This document shows, in pieces, positions 10,975 to 23,421 of a stretch of 52,015 nt of DNA. The DNA is from Trichinella spiralis (lineage: Eukaryota), in assembly GCF_000181795.1 (NCBI RefSeq), contig NW_003526941.1:7048812-7100826 (forward strand). The letters are read 5' to 3'. The translations under genes and the position numbers were made by a program. Under the pieces are notes generated by a model that saw nothing but the letters and a program-made list of their open reading frames with translations, did not search any database and was not told where the DNA came from. Every line of letters starts with the position of its first letter. Position 1 is the stretch's first letter.

Positions 10975-11925
10975 AAATAACTGACAAAGTGATTATGATG
11001 AATAACTGCGCTGAGGTACCACAGATGAAATACAAAGGAGATTGTATTAAAAAGAAAAGGCTAATAAACGGTAATTTATTATTAGCAGCAATTGTTTTAA
11101 TTCCAGCTAACCAGGAGTGGCTAGTGTGAGCAGCTGCACATTTCTGTGAAACATTAAAAGTAGCAACTGATATCTAACATTGGCAGAAATTTATTTATAA
11201 TGTTACTGGCAATGTTTGTTAAACGAAATAAATTTATAAATGCTAATAAAGTTCACATTAATTAAAATTTGCGCATTCATGAGTTAAGTGATCTGAGTGT
11301 TTATTCCTTTACTGCTACTAGCAGTGAAGGTGCACACGAAAAATAGCCCAAATTCATAGCCAAACCAAAATGATACAAAATTTGAAAATAACAATTATTT
11401 GTTCAATAATTAAAGAATGCTAAAAAAATAAGGAGGTGAGAAAAATAAGCGGCGTAAAATATATACATAAATCTCGTTATACCATATTACTGGCACAATC
11501 TATATTAAAAACTTTTCTAAAATTGATGAAATCTAACTTTCGAATATAAAACTTGCAAATAGCAAACAACACATTAATTTTCAAGTTTTTATTACAAGCT
11601 TAGATAGTTTTATGAATAACTACAGCTATAATTTAACAGAAAGAAAGTACAGAAATTAAAGAATCTCTTTTACCTGACAATTCTCCGCCGTTTATTATTG
11701 TAGAAGTGTTTTCATTAAAAATTGATGTACAGTAAATTGAACCTGAAGTATTAATGTTATAATTTTATAAATTAGTGAATAAATGTTTTTTGTTGAGTAA
11801 TAAATTTTTTATTATTTGACTAAAAGATTAATTATAATTTACAGATGAACTTTTGAAACAAATTTTACATTATCAAGAATAACGTTGAGATCTATCTTCT
11901 TCTGTAGTTGAGCAAAACATGGCAT
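10975..11925 (-). other. Chain of exon-like segments; unidentified small gene or pseudogene
   Basis: 69-nt open segment 11742-11674 with ttcag| and |gtaaaag; further open segments ILYHFGLAMNLGYFSCAPSLLVA|gtaaag and cacag|KCAAAHTSHSWLAGIKTI... join in phase; one acceptor reads CAA; no recognisable domain. Confidence 0.25.
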
Positions 11926-12530
11926 AAAAATAAATTTGGAAAGAAATTTGAATAAAAATTTGTTATTTCAAACTTAAAATAGATAAATAAGTAAACATAG
12001 ATGAATGAATGAATGAATAAATAAATACGTTTGCATGACATACTGCGTGCAAATTATGGTATACATTTGGAAATTAGTCGCTTACTTTGTAAGAAGTTTT
12101 GCAAAAATCATTTGCAAAATAAATTTCCACTTTATGTGAACATATCTTTGCGTATATAAAGTAATAAATAACACCGAACTGATTTGAAACAATCGCATTT
12201 GTTATCGGTAAAAGTTGAAAATTTAAAACATATTTTTATAGACGACTCAAAATGTTTCTAAATTATAACTCGAATAATAATGAAATATTTTTTCAAACTT
12301 GACTTTTCCAAAATTTACCGTCCTTTCTATTTTGGCGTGGCATGTTTGCAAAGCTTCTGATCAGTGTGCGTCGCTTTGCAGAAATAATTTCTTGGGAGAG
12401 GTTGATTGTGATCATGATTAGAAACATTAATCAATTTTATCATTTGATTTCAGCATTTCTGAGTGTTCTGTTTTTAAATTTTTTATTATTCATTCAAGTT
12501 ATGTTTTGCAGAAAATAAACTAAAGTGGAA

Positions 12531-14174
12531 ATGGTTTCGTTCAGATTGGTTTGCAACGTTGCACTGCAACAAATTCGTCAGTTTAGCTGTTCAAGAAAGT
12601 TGATGGACATCAGCACTGTAGCCGTGATTGGGTCTGGCATCATGGGATCTGGCATTGCTCAGGTTTATCGTTGGTGAAAAATTAAAATCATAAAATGTAT
12701 AAAATTGGTATTATTTCAGGTGTCAGCAACTGCTGGTTTTCACGTTTCAATTGTGGATCAGTCGGATGAAATTTTGAATAAAGCGAAGAAAAACATCGAA
12801 GCTAGTCTGAGTCGCGTAGCGAAAAAAAAATTCGCAGATGATAAATCTGTAAAAATTCAAAAAAAAAATATTTTTTGCACTGTTTTTCATATTCCATTTG
12901 ATTGATTTTTTTGTTATTTAGAAAGCTGAAAGTTTTATCACTAATATCATGAAAAATATCGAAGTGAATACATCCGTTGCTGACGCCGTGAAAGAAGCCG
13001 ATCTTTGCATTGAAGCAATCACGGAAAATTTGGATTTAAAAATAAAGATGTTCGAAACTATGGATAAAAATGCTCGCAAGTAAGTTTTCTTGAATTCTTC
13101 TGTGCAAAACGTTGCACTAATTATATTGCACAAAGTCACCAATTGCGTATAAGTCGAAGCTGCCCTAAAATTAATTCAACAGCTGCAGTTGCATTTAATT
13201 TGTTAAATATGACAATTATTGAATGGGCTTGTCGTTATCATTTTGACATTTTTTCCATAGGCAAACAACAAAATTTGATAACTTCTCAAATTCAGCAGCT
13301 GTTCTATTAAAGATTATAAAGACATACTGTAAGACTTTAAATAATCACCAAGTTTAATAAAATTAAAATGTAATGAAATATTCATTTTGAAATAAGAATA
13401 ATTTTCATTAATATCGATAGTAGATTAAAATAAACTAACTTCATTTTGTACGATTTTATGTCGGCAATTCTTGCTTCCAATACATCTTCACTACCACTTG
13501 CAAAAATATCTCAAATTTTGAAACAACCTGAAAACTTTGGTGGCTTACATTTTTTCAATCCTGTTCCTGTGATGAAATTGGTCGAAGTTATTCACACCAA
13601 AAATACATCAAAAGAAACCATCGACAGTATGGTCAGGTTTTGTGAAAAATTGGGCAAAAATCCTGTTCACAGTAAGGTAAAAATTGATCAATTTGCAATA
13701 ATTACTCAAAGTTTTCCTGTGAAAATGTCCACATGAAATTTCTTTCAAACTTTTACCTGATTTTGGCTTCAAATGAGTTTAGCTTTCATTTATTTTTCTT
13801 GTTTTAGGATACGCCAGGATTTATTGTCAATCGGCTTCTTGTGCCTTATTGCATGGAAGCAATTCGACTGGCAGAGCGTGGAGATGCTTCAATGAAAGAT
13901 ATCGATGTGGCCATGAAACTGGGAGCTGGTTATCCAATGGGACCTTTCGAATTATTCGACTTCATCGGTTTGGATACCTGCAAATTCATCATAGACGGTA
14001 TGTTTAATTTTTCTTTATAATTTTTAATAATATAAGAACCTTACTATTTTTTAAGGATGGCATGCTGACGAACCGAATCAGCCGTTGTTTAATCCAAGCC
14101 CACTTTTGGATAAGATGGTTAAGGAGGGAAAATTAGGACGCAAAAGTGGTGAAGGATTTTACAAATATAAATAA
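12531..14174 (+). CDS. HADH: Mitochondrial short-chain 3-hydroxyacyl-CoA dehydrogenase, 6 exons
   Basis: Presequence-like N-terminus; [16 protein letters not shown]ossmann motif; [76 protein letters not shown]. The intron 3 acceptor is non-canonical (see findings). Confidence 0.96.
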
Positions 14175-14692
14175 GCAGCGCTGTTTGGGAATGTTTCCAA
14201 TTTTAATTGGCTAAATTGCATTCGGTGATAGCTCTTCCGCTTTGTGCCTTCTAGCTCAATTTGTCGATGCTAATTTCTTAACTCTGGGATTGGAATTTAT
14301 AGGCAGCGCTGTTGATCAGAAAAAAATTTCTTCCTAGCTCAAATCAAAAAAAGAAATTATTACTGATATTGAAGAAAAATAGAACGTGCCACACCAACTT
14401 TATTTCTAAGTTTGGTTTGGTCTTGCTTTTCAGCATTGCTTATTTATTATTGGTGAAGTTTAAATTTGGATAATTTGCTGAAATTAAAGAATCAATTTAC
14501 AAAAACTGTTTCCCGCAGGAACCATTTTGATATTAATCTATATAAGTGAACATGTTCCAAATGATTCAAAAATTGACACTTTTGAATCAGCATGAATCAA
14601 ATCTAAATCAATGAAATTAACAGAGAAAACAAACTGATTCACTTCGATCTTCTCATTTGAAAAATTCAAACATAATCTCATGTGATGATTAT

Positions 14693-15401
14693 TTATCCAA
14701 CAAATTCCTGCACTGCTTTTCCAATCAAAGCTGCAAGATCGTCGGCATCTTCCTAAAATGCAAACTGATCAATTTAATTGCTTTAATTTGCCTAAAGCAA
14801 GTGTTCACCTGCTTGCCTGCCTCTGCATAGACTCGGACAACATCTTCAGTACCTGACGGGCTAAAAAGAAAATTTCTCCTCAATCTTTACCTTTCGTTGG
14901 CAGAATGCATGCACAGCAGAAAATATACCGAATAAAAGCACGAGAGTAGGAATACTTTTTCCCAAGTTCTGTAATTCGTTCCCACAATCCGGATGGAGCT
15001 ACGCAAATACGATCACAGTCTGCAGTTTTAACCGCAAATCGGTTCGAAACCTTTGTAATAATTTCAAAATAATTTATTATATTTATATATATATATATAT
15101 ATAATAGTAATATGTTACCTTAATTTTCAACTGTCTGCAAGGATAGTCGACAAACATCTCATCCCACTTTTCAATATTCCAGTCACGATGCTGAAGAATC
15201 GTTTCTGCAAGAAGCAAATTGGTCATCGCATCTCCGTTCGCCTGTCACTTTACACTTGATAATTTAAATCAAAATAATTGGAAGTAAATCGTCTGCACCT
15301 GGTTAATAAGATGAACAAGATTTGACAATGTTCGACGCGCTTCTGCGCATTCAGCACTGAACAAAAAAAATGTAAAAATATTAATTACACTACTGCTATA
15401 T

Positions 15402-15476
<75 letters not shown>

Positions 15477-17716
15477 TAATTCACTAACGATATTGGCTCA
15501 AGATGTTTTTGTAGTTCGTCCACCATACGTTCACTAAACAATACCTTAATAAAACGCAACTAATTAAAATTAATGTAAACGTTCAACTAACAAACGTTAC
15601 TGTTCCGTGTCCATTTGCTTCAAAATAAATACCAATATCAAATTTCTTAGCTTCTTTATGCAAATGCTTCACACCAGTTTCTGTAATGACGACAGGAATC
15701 TTCTAAATCATCACCAGTGTAACTAACAACTTAAAACAATACTATCTAATAAAAACTATTAAGTAATTTATATACTTTTTTCATTTTTGCATTTTTGCTT
15801 TACCACAAAAGTACATAAAAATGTATATAAAATCATACCAGTACGTCTTCGATGTATCTAGTTGAACTACCATTAGCAAAAGCTGTCTGTACGACTCCAA
15901 TGCTGGTCCGCAAATTGCCCTTCTGTATCAGGTCCAACACAAAGCTCACCATCAAAACAGCAATTTTATCCCCATCCAAAATATGAAACACTCTTTCTGA
16001 AAAGATACTCAATTAAACAATCAAAAAAGAAAAATAATAAAGGCTTGACAAATGTACTTGAATCTAAATAGAAATAAACTATACGATCCGCATCCCCATC
16101 AAAAGAAGCCCATCGCTGTCCAGGAGTGATCCTCAGATTTGCATCATAAACTAAAACAAAAAATTTTTTTTACATACAGAAAAGAAATCTGAACAAATTA
16201 CCAGTTGGAATTTGCTGCTCAATTTTTACAAAATCAGCTCCACACTATAAGTATTATTATAATTATTTTTTGCGAAAGCAATTAAAAAAATACTGAAAAA
16301 ACAATTTTCACAAAACACCGTTAAGAAACTAAATATTTAACTTTTTTAAAAAGAACAAGCATGACAAGCAACCTACAGAAACAAATATAATAGTAATAAT
16401 TTAATAAATAAAAAAAGTTACCTTATCATTCAAATGGTGATTACTTTGATTGACCAAGATTATGTTTAAGAGCGGTTTTAAATTTTCAACAAAGAAACGC
16501 ATTGCTTTCCCGCCAACACCATTTCCACAGTCAATAAATACATTCGGGTTGTATGCCTTGCATGATTGTTGCATAGATGTGTTCACATTCTTGAACGCTT
16601 TTGTGACTTCTTCATAATAAAAGTTCTCCAAAAACACAGGGTCGTAATTTTTAAAACAATTTCCATGACGAACAATAAAATGTAGTTGTGGAGTAGTTAA
16701 CATTCCTAAATAATTCAATCAACTTTGGGAAAACATGCATGACAAAATTTATCTTTAAATAACTTCTACCAATTAAAATTTTCCACATTCTGTCTCGTAT
16801 ATTAAATATGCATTGCATTTCATTTTGCACACAATTTTAAATTAATTTTTTCAATTTCTTCTGCAAAACCAGATAAAAATTACAAAGGTTACTCATACAT
16901 CACATTAAACTTTTATAAAATTTCAATAAATAAATAACATGATATAAAAATAAACAAACTGGCAGTATTATAGCAAATAAACTGCAAAGCAAAATAAAAT
17001 ATAAACAAATAACTAAGTAAGCAAGAAATATTGTACTTGAGCATCATATAAATACAAAAATATTGAATTAATCTCAAAAGAATTGAACTTTTCGATACAA
17101 TGATATATTAGTATAGTTACTCAAATTTTTAATTAAAAACTAATTACCGAAAAGAATGAATTTTCCACTCATGACGTCCACTCCAGATTTCAATACATTA
17201 TAAAGCACTGTACTGCTTTCCCGATTGTCATGAGCACAAAACACTGAGGCTTCAGCCGAAATACAAATGTTATTCTTACTTACAATCATTTCAATAGTGG
17301 AAATCAACTGATCATCTCTAAATTGAAAATACTGACAATAAAAACAATTAAAATACGTGCAATGATGATTCCCTTACGAACAATTGGCTATTTCTGTTGC
17401 ATGTTTTTCCCATTCAGGTGCCAACATATCTCCCATTGGATCAATAATTTTTACACCGTTATCTTTGGCTGGATTATGTGACGCAGTTATCATCACTCCT
17501 ACCACCATGCCTGTTTGTTGAGATCGTAAGCAGGCCAATAAACCCATTCGATACATAACACATTTGAGGGTATTTGCGCTAAAATCAACTTACACTTCAT
17601 AAAAATTACCTGAAGAAAAAAGCCTACTCATCACGAAAACCAGCAGTCCCATATACTCGATTCATGCGATGCGACTGTCGACATTCTGGTGGAATCGATT
17701 CCACATTGAAGCGCAT
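14693..17716 (-). CDS. PGM3: Phosphoacetylglucosamine mutase, multi-exon
   Basis: [33 protein letters not shown] (catalytic Ser loop); [58 protein letters not shown]-terminal [14 protein letters not shown]. Confidence 0.97.
15405..15477. repeat. Compound microsatellite (AT)n(TTTA)n in a PGM3 intron
   Basis: Directly visible; shorter (AT)n tracts occur in other introns and UTRs. Confidence 0.95.
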
Positions 17717-17891
17717 CCTTTGTATTATGTTGTAATATAGTTGGCAATTAGAAAACAAGCAAAATCAGTAATATATATTAGTCAGCAGTACATTTAATTC
17801 ATCAGTGTAACATTTCCAGTTTTTTCAACATTTTACTATTTTTCCTACTTGTGTAGAAATGCAGGAGTAAAAACAAATTCCTACATTTAAT

Positions 17892-19491
17892 TTACATTAA
17901 TTCAATTTCATCGTGTCGATTCAGCAACATATCCTCGTTATCTTTATTCATTCGTTCTACTGCTTTCAAAAAATCTGACTGTTCAAACGGACGTATTTCC
18001 ACTTGCTCGCTGAAAGAACTGAAACATTTATTGCATTTTTACAAATATCTGACATAAAACAAGTTATATACTTTTCCTGCTTTATTTCTTGATCTTGTTT
18101 GAGAGATTCACGAACGCGTATAATGTCTGCAACACGACAAAGCTCCACTAGATCTGAGCAAGAAAAACCACAAGAATGGTTGGCAATTTCGAACAGGTTA
18201 ACATCTTGAGACAGCTATAAAAAACAAAAATAACAGTTAACTATTTTAGAATTAATAAAATTCATAATATTGTATTAGCACAGATTCGCTGCGAAGCATA
18301 GTAGTCAAAATATCACATCTCTGTTGCAAATTCTAAAAATGTATATTTGTAGATAAATAAAATCAGGATTGAAATAATAAAAGGCTGCACCGGATGGCGA
18401 ATACAAAAGCGTAAAGGCATACGTCTCAAAATTGCACTGTCAACATCCTTAGGACGATTTGTCGCACCAATAATGACAACCCGAAGTTCACTTTCAGAAA
18501 AAAAACCATCCCAGTGGCTTAAAAATAGCGCCTTCATCATAGCTGTCATTTCATGGTCACGACTTTGTCGATGACGTAGAAACGAATCTGTAAAATTATG
18601 TAAATACATAAACAACTTAAAACGCGTGAAAAATAGTCAAATTACGAATTACCTATTTCATCAATAAATATAATCGTCGGCTGTATTTTCTTTGCCTAAA
18701 ATTTAAAGTCCATTAAGCAAAATATCAGTGAGACAACTACCGTACAAATGAAAAAAGAGCAGTTGTCATTTTCTCCGTCTCACCGCACCATTTGTCGATC
18801 ATTTCCGATATTTCCAAATTAATAAAATTCGCTCCTTAATAGCCCAAAGTTTTCTACTTTACACAACAACATTCTGCTAAAACTTTACCAGCCTCTTTAG
18901 CTATTGCTTTAACCATCATAGTTTTACCACAGCCAGGGGGACCATGAAGCAGTACTCCTATTTCGGTTATTTCAATTACAAAATAACAAACAGACATCAT
19001 ATAACCATATTTACCTTTCGGAGCAGAAAAATGTTTTGATTTAATACTAGTGCAAAGAGGAAATATAATGTTTTCTCGCAATTCCGAAATCAAATTGGAA
19101 TAACCACCGACATCACTCCAAGACACTGAACAATCTTTTGGATTAACCAATTGAGTAGCAATACGCATTTCGTATTCATCTAACTAAACAAAATATAAAT
19201 ATTTGCATAATTAAACATAAACAGTTTAAATTTGAACATTGCATTTAATCAACTTACATCTTGTACTTGAATTCCCAGTATATTACAAATTCTCTCAGCC
19301 TAAAATAATACGTGAATTATTGAAATTGACTGTTTTTACAAATAAACCTTTTTCTTCGCTTGTTCCTTTTTAGCTGTAGTTTGATCAAACTGCCTAACAA
19401 TCAACTTTGCAGTAAAATATGAAATCACACTACCAATAATCAAACGTGCTAACTGCGCTGCAAACATGTTCCACGATGGCCTTCCATCCAT
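17892..19491 (-). CDS. ATAD1: ATAD1/Msp1 membrane-anchored AAA ATPase, multi-exon
   Basis: N-terminal hydrophobic anchor; LDEYEMRIATQLVNP; VSWSDVGG; PKGVLLHGPPGCGKTMMVKAIAKEAGANFIN; KIQPTIIFIDEIDSFLR; RDHEMTAMMKALFLSHWDG; VIIGATNRPKDVDSAILRRMP. Confidence 0.95.
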
Positions 19492-20469
19492 TTATTAAGC
19501 AGAATGTCGAAACGTAAAGCGTATATAACTTAAAATCACTACACTTTACTATGTTGTGTTAAGTTAACCCATACTACATACAAAGTCAGAAGTAATACCT
19601 GTACATCAATTTTTATAATACTGTAATTCATTTTAAAATACTTAACTAATTTTGAATGATAATTGGTAATATTTAAAATTGTAATAATATACTAATAATA
19701 TAATTAACAATGTACTACTGTATAAAAAGCATTTTTAGATATTGCACGTCATACTGTTGAGCATGTGAATATTTTAATTCCACACTACAGTTATTGTTCA
19801 ACATAAAATTCTCAGATCATAAAGTGATTCAACATAATTACAAGAGTTAACTATTACCAAATAATTACATTCTACTGCACCAATTATTGTGTGGTTAATA
19901 ATGATGTGCAAGTATAAATCCCGTAGAAATTATGTAATGCATGCACTTTTAATAATCCCAGTGAAACTATATAATATTTTGTATTTAAAAAAATTATTTA
20001 ACATAAATCAGTTTATTTTTGATTATATAAATCAAATTAAAGTTATACAATAATTGACTAGTTTACATTCACTTTGTTACTCAACTTTTAGTTTGCACAC
20101 ATTTTAAGCAAACAGTATATAATATTATTATTATGTTATGGTAGTAGAATAATTTTACTAACTGAACATCATCCACACATTTATTTTTAGGTACTAAAAC
20201 TTTATTACATCACTGTACTGTATTTATCAATTTTGTAAACTGAAAATAATTGAGTAGTGGTGCCGAAATTTAGATTTTATTTCATCAAGTTTAGTTTGTA
20301 AATAAATATAGAATCTTTAACATAACATTGTTTCAATTAACTTTTAGTTATTATTATCGCATATTCATTTTATAAAAGTGGGAAATTGATACCGCCACTG
20401 ATGTTTCGATAATTATATGACAATTACATCTTGATTTTTTTAGTGGTGAATTGTTATCATTGCTTTATT
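19492..20469. promoter_or_regulatory. Divergent (head-to-head) intergenic/promoter region of ATAD1 and FAM98
   Basis: Start codons face outward ~1 kb apart; repeated TACTGTA-like words. Regulatory role inferred from position. Confidence 0.55.
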
Positions 20470-22390
20470 ATGTCCAACAATTTAGCAACGAAGTTTTCTT
20501 TGTGGAATTCTTTACAGGCTTGTCGGTAAGTATTTTTGATTTTTGAAATACTTCTCCCGAGAAATGTACTCTGTTTTAATCGCTTTTTTCCGTTTGCACT
20601 TTTACATGAATGTTTTTTTTCAAGGTTACCAGATGCACCTGAAACGGAACAAAAGCTAGAGCTTTTTTTAAAAGATGGACCAAATGCAGCTGAATTCATA
20701 AACTTCATTGTCACACTTTGCAATGAGCTACGTACGGCAGCGAGGTTGAAAACACAAGTACACCCACCTTCAGGTAAAAAATATACGCATTCATAGTTAT
20801 TTGTGCAAGTTTATAATTTTTTTTACTATTAAAGTACAATTTATCCTGAGAAAGATTATACTGAGAATCCATTTGTCTAAAATTACTCTCTTACATCAAT
20901 GAAATATAAAATGCTGATTTCGCTTCTTTAGCAGTTATTTTTTCATACTGAATTCAAACGATTAATTGCATATGTTAATTGTTGAAAATTTCATGCAAAC
21001 ATTTATATTTATTTATAGATGTAAACAAATTGGATTCATTTATTCAAGAATTTAAAGATCTTCTGGAAGAGTTGGGTATGTAACTGGCGCAGTTGAAAGA
21101 AATTATCCAGTAATAAATAGGAAATGTAGATTGTTCGCCTTCCGACTTATTTGGTACAACTTTGGATGAATGTTTGTCAAGCGTGGAGTTGCGAAGTGCA
21201 CTGATTAGCGTTTTGTTGAATGAATTGAAAACTGCTAAGCTGTTAGCACTGAGAAAAGCTGAAGAAGAAGAAAAAGAAACGCGCAAAAAAATTCCGGTAA
21301 AAAATTTCAACACTGTATATGATTTTAAGTGATTTGATTTTAATGAGATGATTGATTAGAATTCGACATCTATTGCTGAAGAGCTAAGTGCGTTGTGTAC
21401 ATATGTTGGCATTTCACGGTTACCTGACAGTATCAGCATGGAGCAGTTCTTCGATCTAATGCTTCCAAAGGTAGGATAGGATGTTGGTGTTGAATGATTG
21501 TTTTCTATTTCTGATTTCTTATGGAACTTTTTTTCAGATAGAAGAATTAGTGAAGAAAATTCCAAATAAAAGTGCGCTGATCAAAGGAACACTAACTAAA
21601 GAACAGTGGAATACTGTGGAATGTCTGAACGATCGTCTACGTACAGAATACAAACTGCGAGCGGAGATGCTTCTCAAACGATTAGATGTAACGGTTAAAT
21701 CATTTTTATGGAATGAAAGAGTCAAAGTAAAATTTAGTACACTTTATTTATTGCTAATAGAAAACTTTATAATTACATCTTTACCCTTTTGAGGAAAAAG
21801 AAGAAGAAATTATGAAAATTTACAAGCCACTTCGAACTCCTTTAAATTCAGATATTCAAGTGTCTGTTGCAGAAGTGCTGGCCGCTAGAGATGGTGCGTA
21901 TGTTTGTTGGTTTTTTAATTTTGAAAAAAAAATCCATTTCAACATCAACAGACTTGCCTTTGATTGAAATGACTTACGGTGTGTCAGCACGCAAGAAAAC
22001 GACTACAAAAATACACAAAATGACTATGGAAGGTAAAATTCCAGATAGAGGTGGACGAACGTCGGAAATTCAACCACCTCCACCGGAAATGCCTTCATGG
22101 CAAAAACGAGTCACTAGTCGAGGTGGTGGTCCACACGCTGGTAGAAGAGGGCGAGGTAAAATTTTATACCTGAAATAATAGTTTCTGTTTTACTTTCTTT
22201 TAATCCGCTACAATTCATCCACATGATGTCATAACGTCATATAGGTGGTGGTGGCTGGTCTGGTCAGCAGAGTCATGCCGGTGGTGGTCAACATTACTCT
22301 CAAACGGCGCATGAATATTATTATCAAGAAGGCTATGGACAGTCGCAACGTGGACGGGGGCGTGGCCGAAGAGGACGATATCATTATTGA
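20470..22390 (+). CDS. FAM98: FAM98 family protein (tRNA-ligase complex associated; RGG tail), multi-exon
   Basis: LTKEQWNTVECLNDRLRTEYKLRAEMLLKRLDVTVKSFLWNERVK; EVLAARDDL; GKIPDRGGRTSEIQPPPPEMPSWQKR; C-terminal RG/GY-rich exon ending TGA 22390; GT-AG introns in phase. Confidence 0.94.
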
Positions 22391-22597
22391 ATAACGATTC
22401 GGATGATTAATTCATTTCAATTTATGATTATATATATATATATGTACATAATAAATCATGGTGAATTGTATTAATCGGATGAATTTTTTTTTCTTAATTG
22501 TTAATTCTTCTAATCTATACTGTTACTTTTTTTCGTAGTTTTAACAAAATTATTTTTAAAATTATAGATTATTATTACCATTAATAGATTTTGTGGA

Positions 22598-23239
22598 ATG
22601 CGAAGTGTCTTGTCTTTTAGAAGTGCACAAGCACTTCTAACTAGTAATCGACATGGCTTGCACCGGACGTGGAGAACATCAGGCCGATATGGTCGTTATG
22701 TTTGGATGAACATGGATACAAAATATGATGCGCATTTTTTCCTGCAAACATTGAGCAGCAATGAACGTCGGGCCTTGCTTGAATGTATCCAAGAAGAAGC
22801 ACAATTTGCCCGACTGTTGGTCAGCCGTGATCGAGTCACCACTGATCAACTGAAGGTGATCTTTTTTAGAAATATGATTCCCTTTGTCGGCTTCGGTTTG
22901 TTCGACAATTTGATTATGATCATCGCTGGAGAATATATTGATATCACTGTTGGTACTTTACTTGGTATTTCGACTTTGGCTGCCGCTGGTGTAGGCAATA
23001 TGATTTCGGATGTGGGAGGCGTTGGGATTGGTCATTATATTGAACAAATTGTTTCAAAAATGAAATGGAAAACTCCAAATCTTACACCAGAACAATGGAA
23101 TAGTAAAGGGGTAAGATGGACAAGCAATGCTGGACGAGTCCTCGGCGTCAGTTTAGGTTGCTTGATTGGTATGTTTCCGTTGTTGTTTTTCAAAGATCGA
23201 CAAAAACCTGAATATGATACAACTGATGAAGCTCCATAA
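22598..23239 (+). CDS. TMEM65: TMEM65-family mitochondrial inner-membrane protein, single coding exon
   Basis: 213-aa ORF with MIPFVGFGLFDNLIMIIAGEYID...LGISTLAAAGVGNMISDVGG and GRVLGVSLGCLIGMFPLLFF; Arg-rich presequence-like N-terminus. Confidence 0.93.
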   Translation: MRSVLSFRSAQALLTSNRHGLHRTWRTSGRYGRYVWMNMDTKYDAHFFLQTLSSNERRALLECIQEEAQFARLLVSRDRVTTDQLKVIFFRNMIPFVGFGLFDNLIMIIAGEYIDITVGTLLGISTLAAAGVGNMISDVGGVGIGHYIEQIVSKMKWKTPNLTPEQWNSKGVRWTSNAGRVLGVSLGCLIGMFPLLFFKDRQKPEYDTTDEAP

Positions 23240-23421
23240 TATGGAATATTTCGTTTCGTAAACAGATATAGATATAGATATATATATATGTACACCTGAA
23301 ATGAAATATTATGTAGTGAAAATTTTACACGTGAAACTGAATTTAAATTAAATCGTCTGTTCTTTTGTTTTTATAAAAGGGCATTTTCATTTTGAACTGA
23401 TGAAACAAGAAACATTATAAA

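Noticed and set aside
17579..17627. Internal ttcag|gtaatt recursive-splice-like site in PGM3 intron 1
   Set aside because: The intron is only ~49 nt; the sub-introns would be too short.
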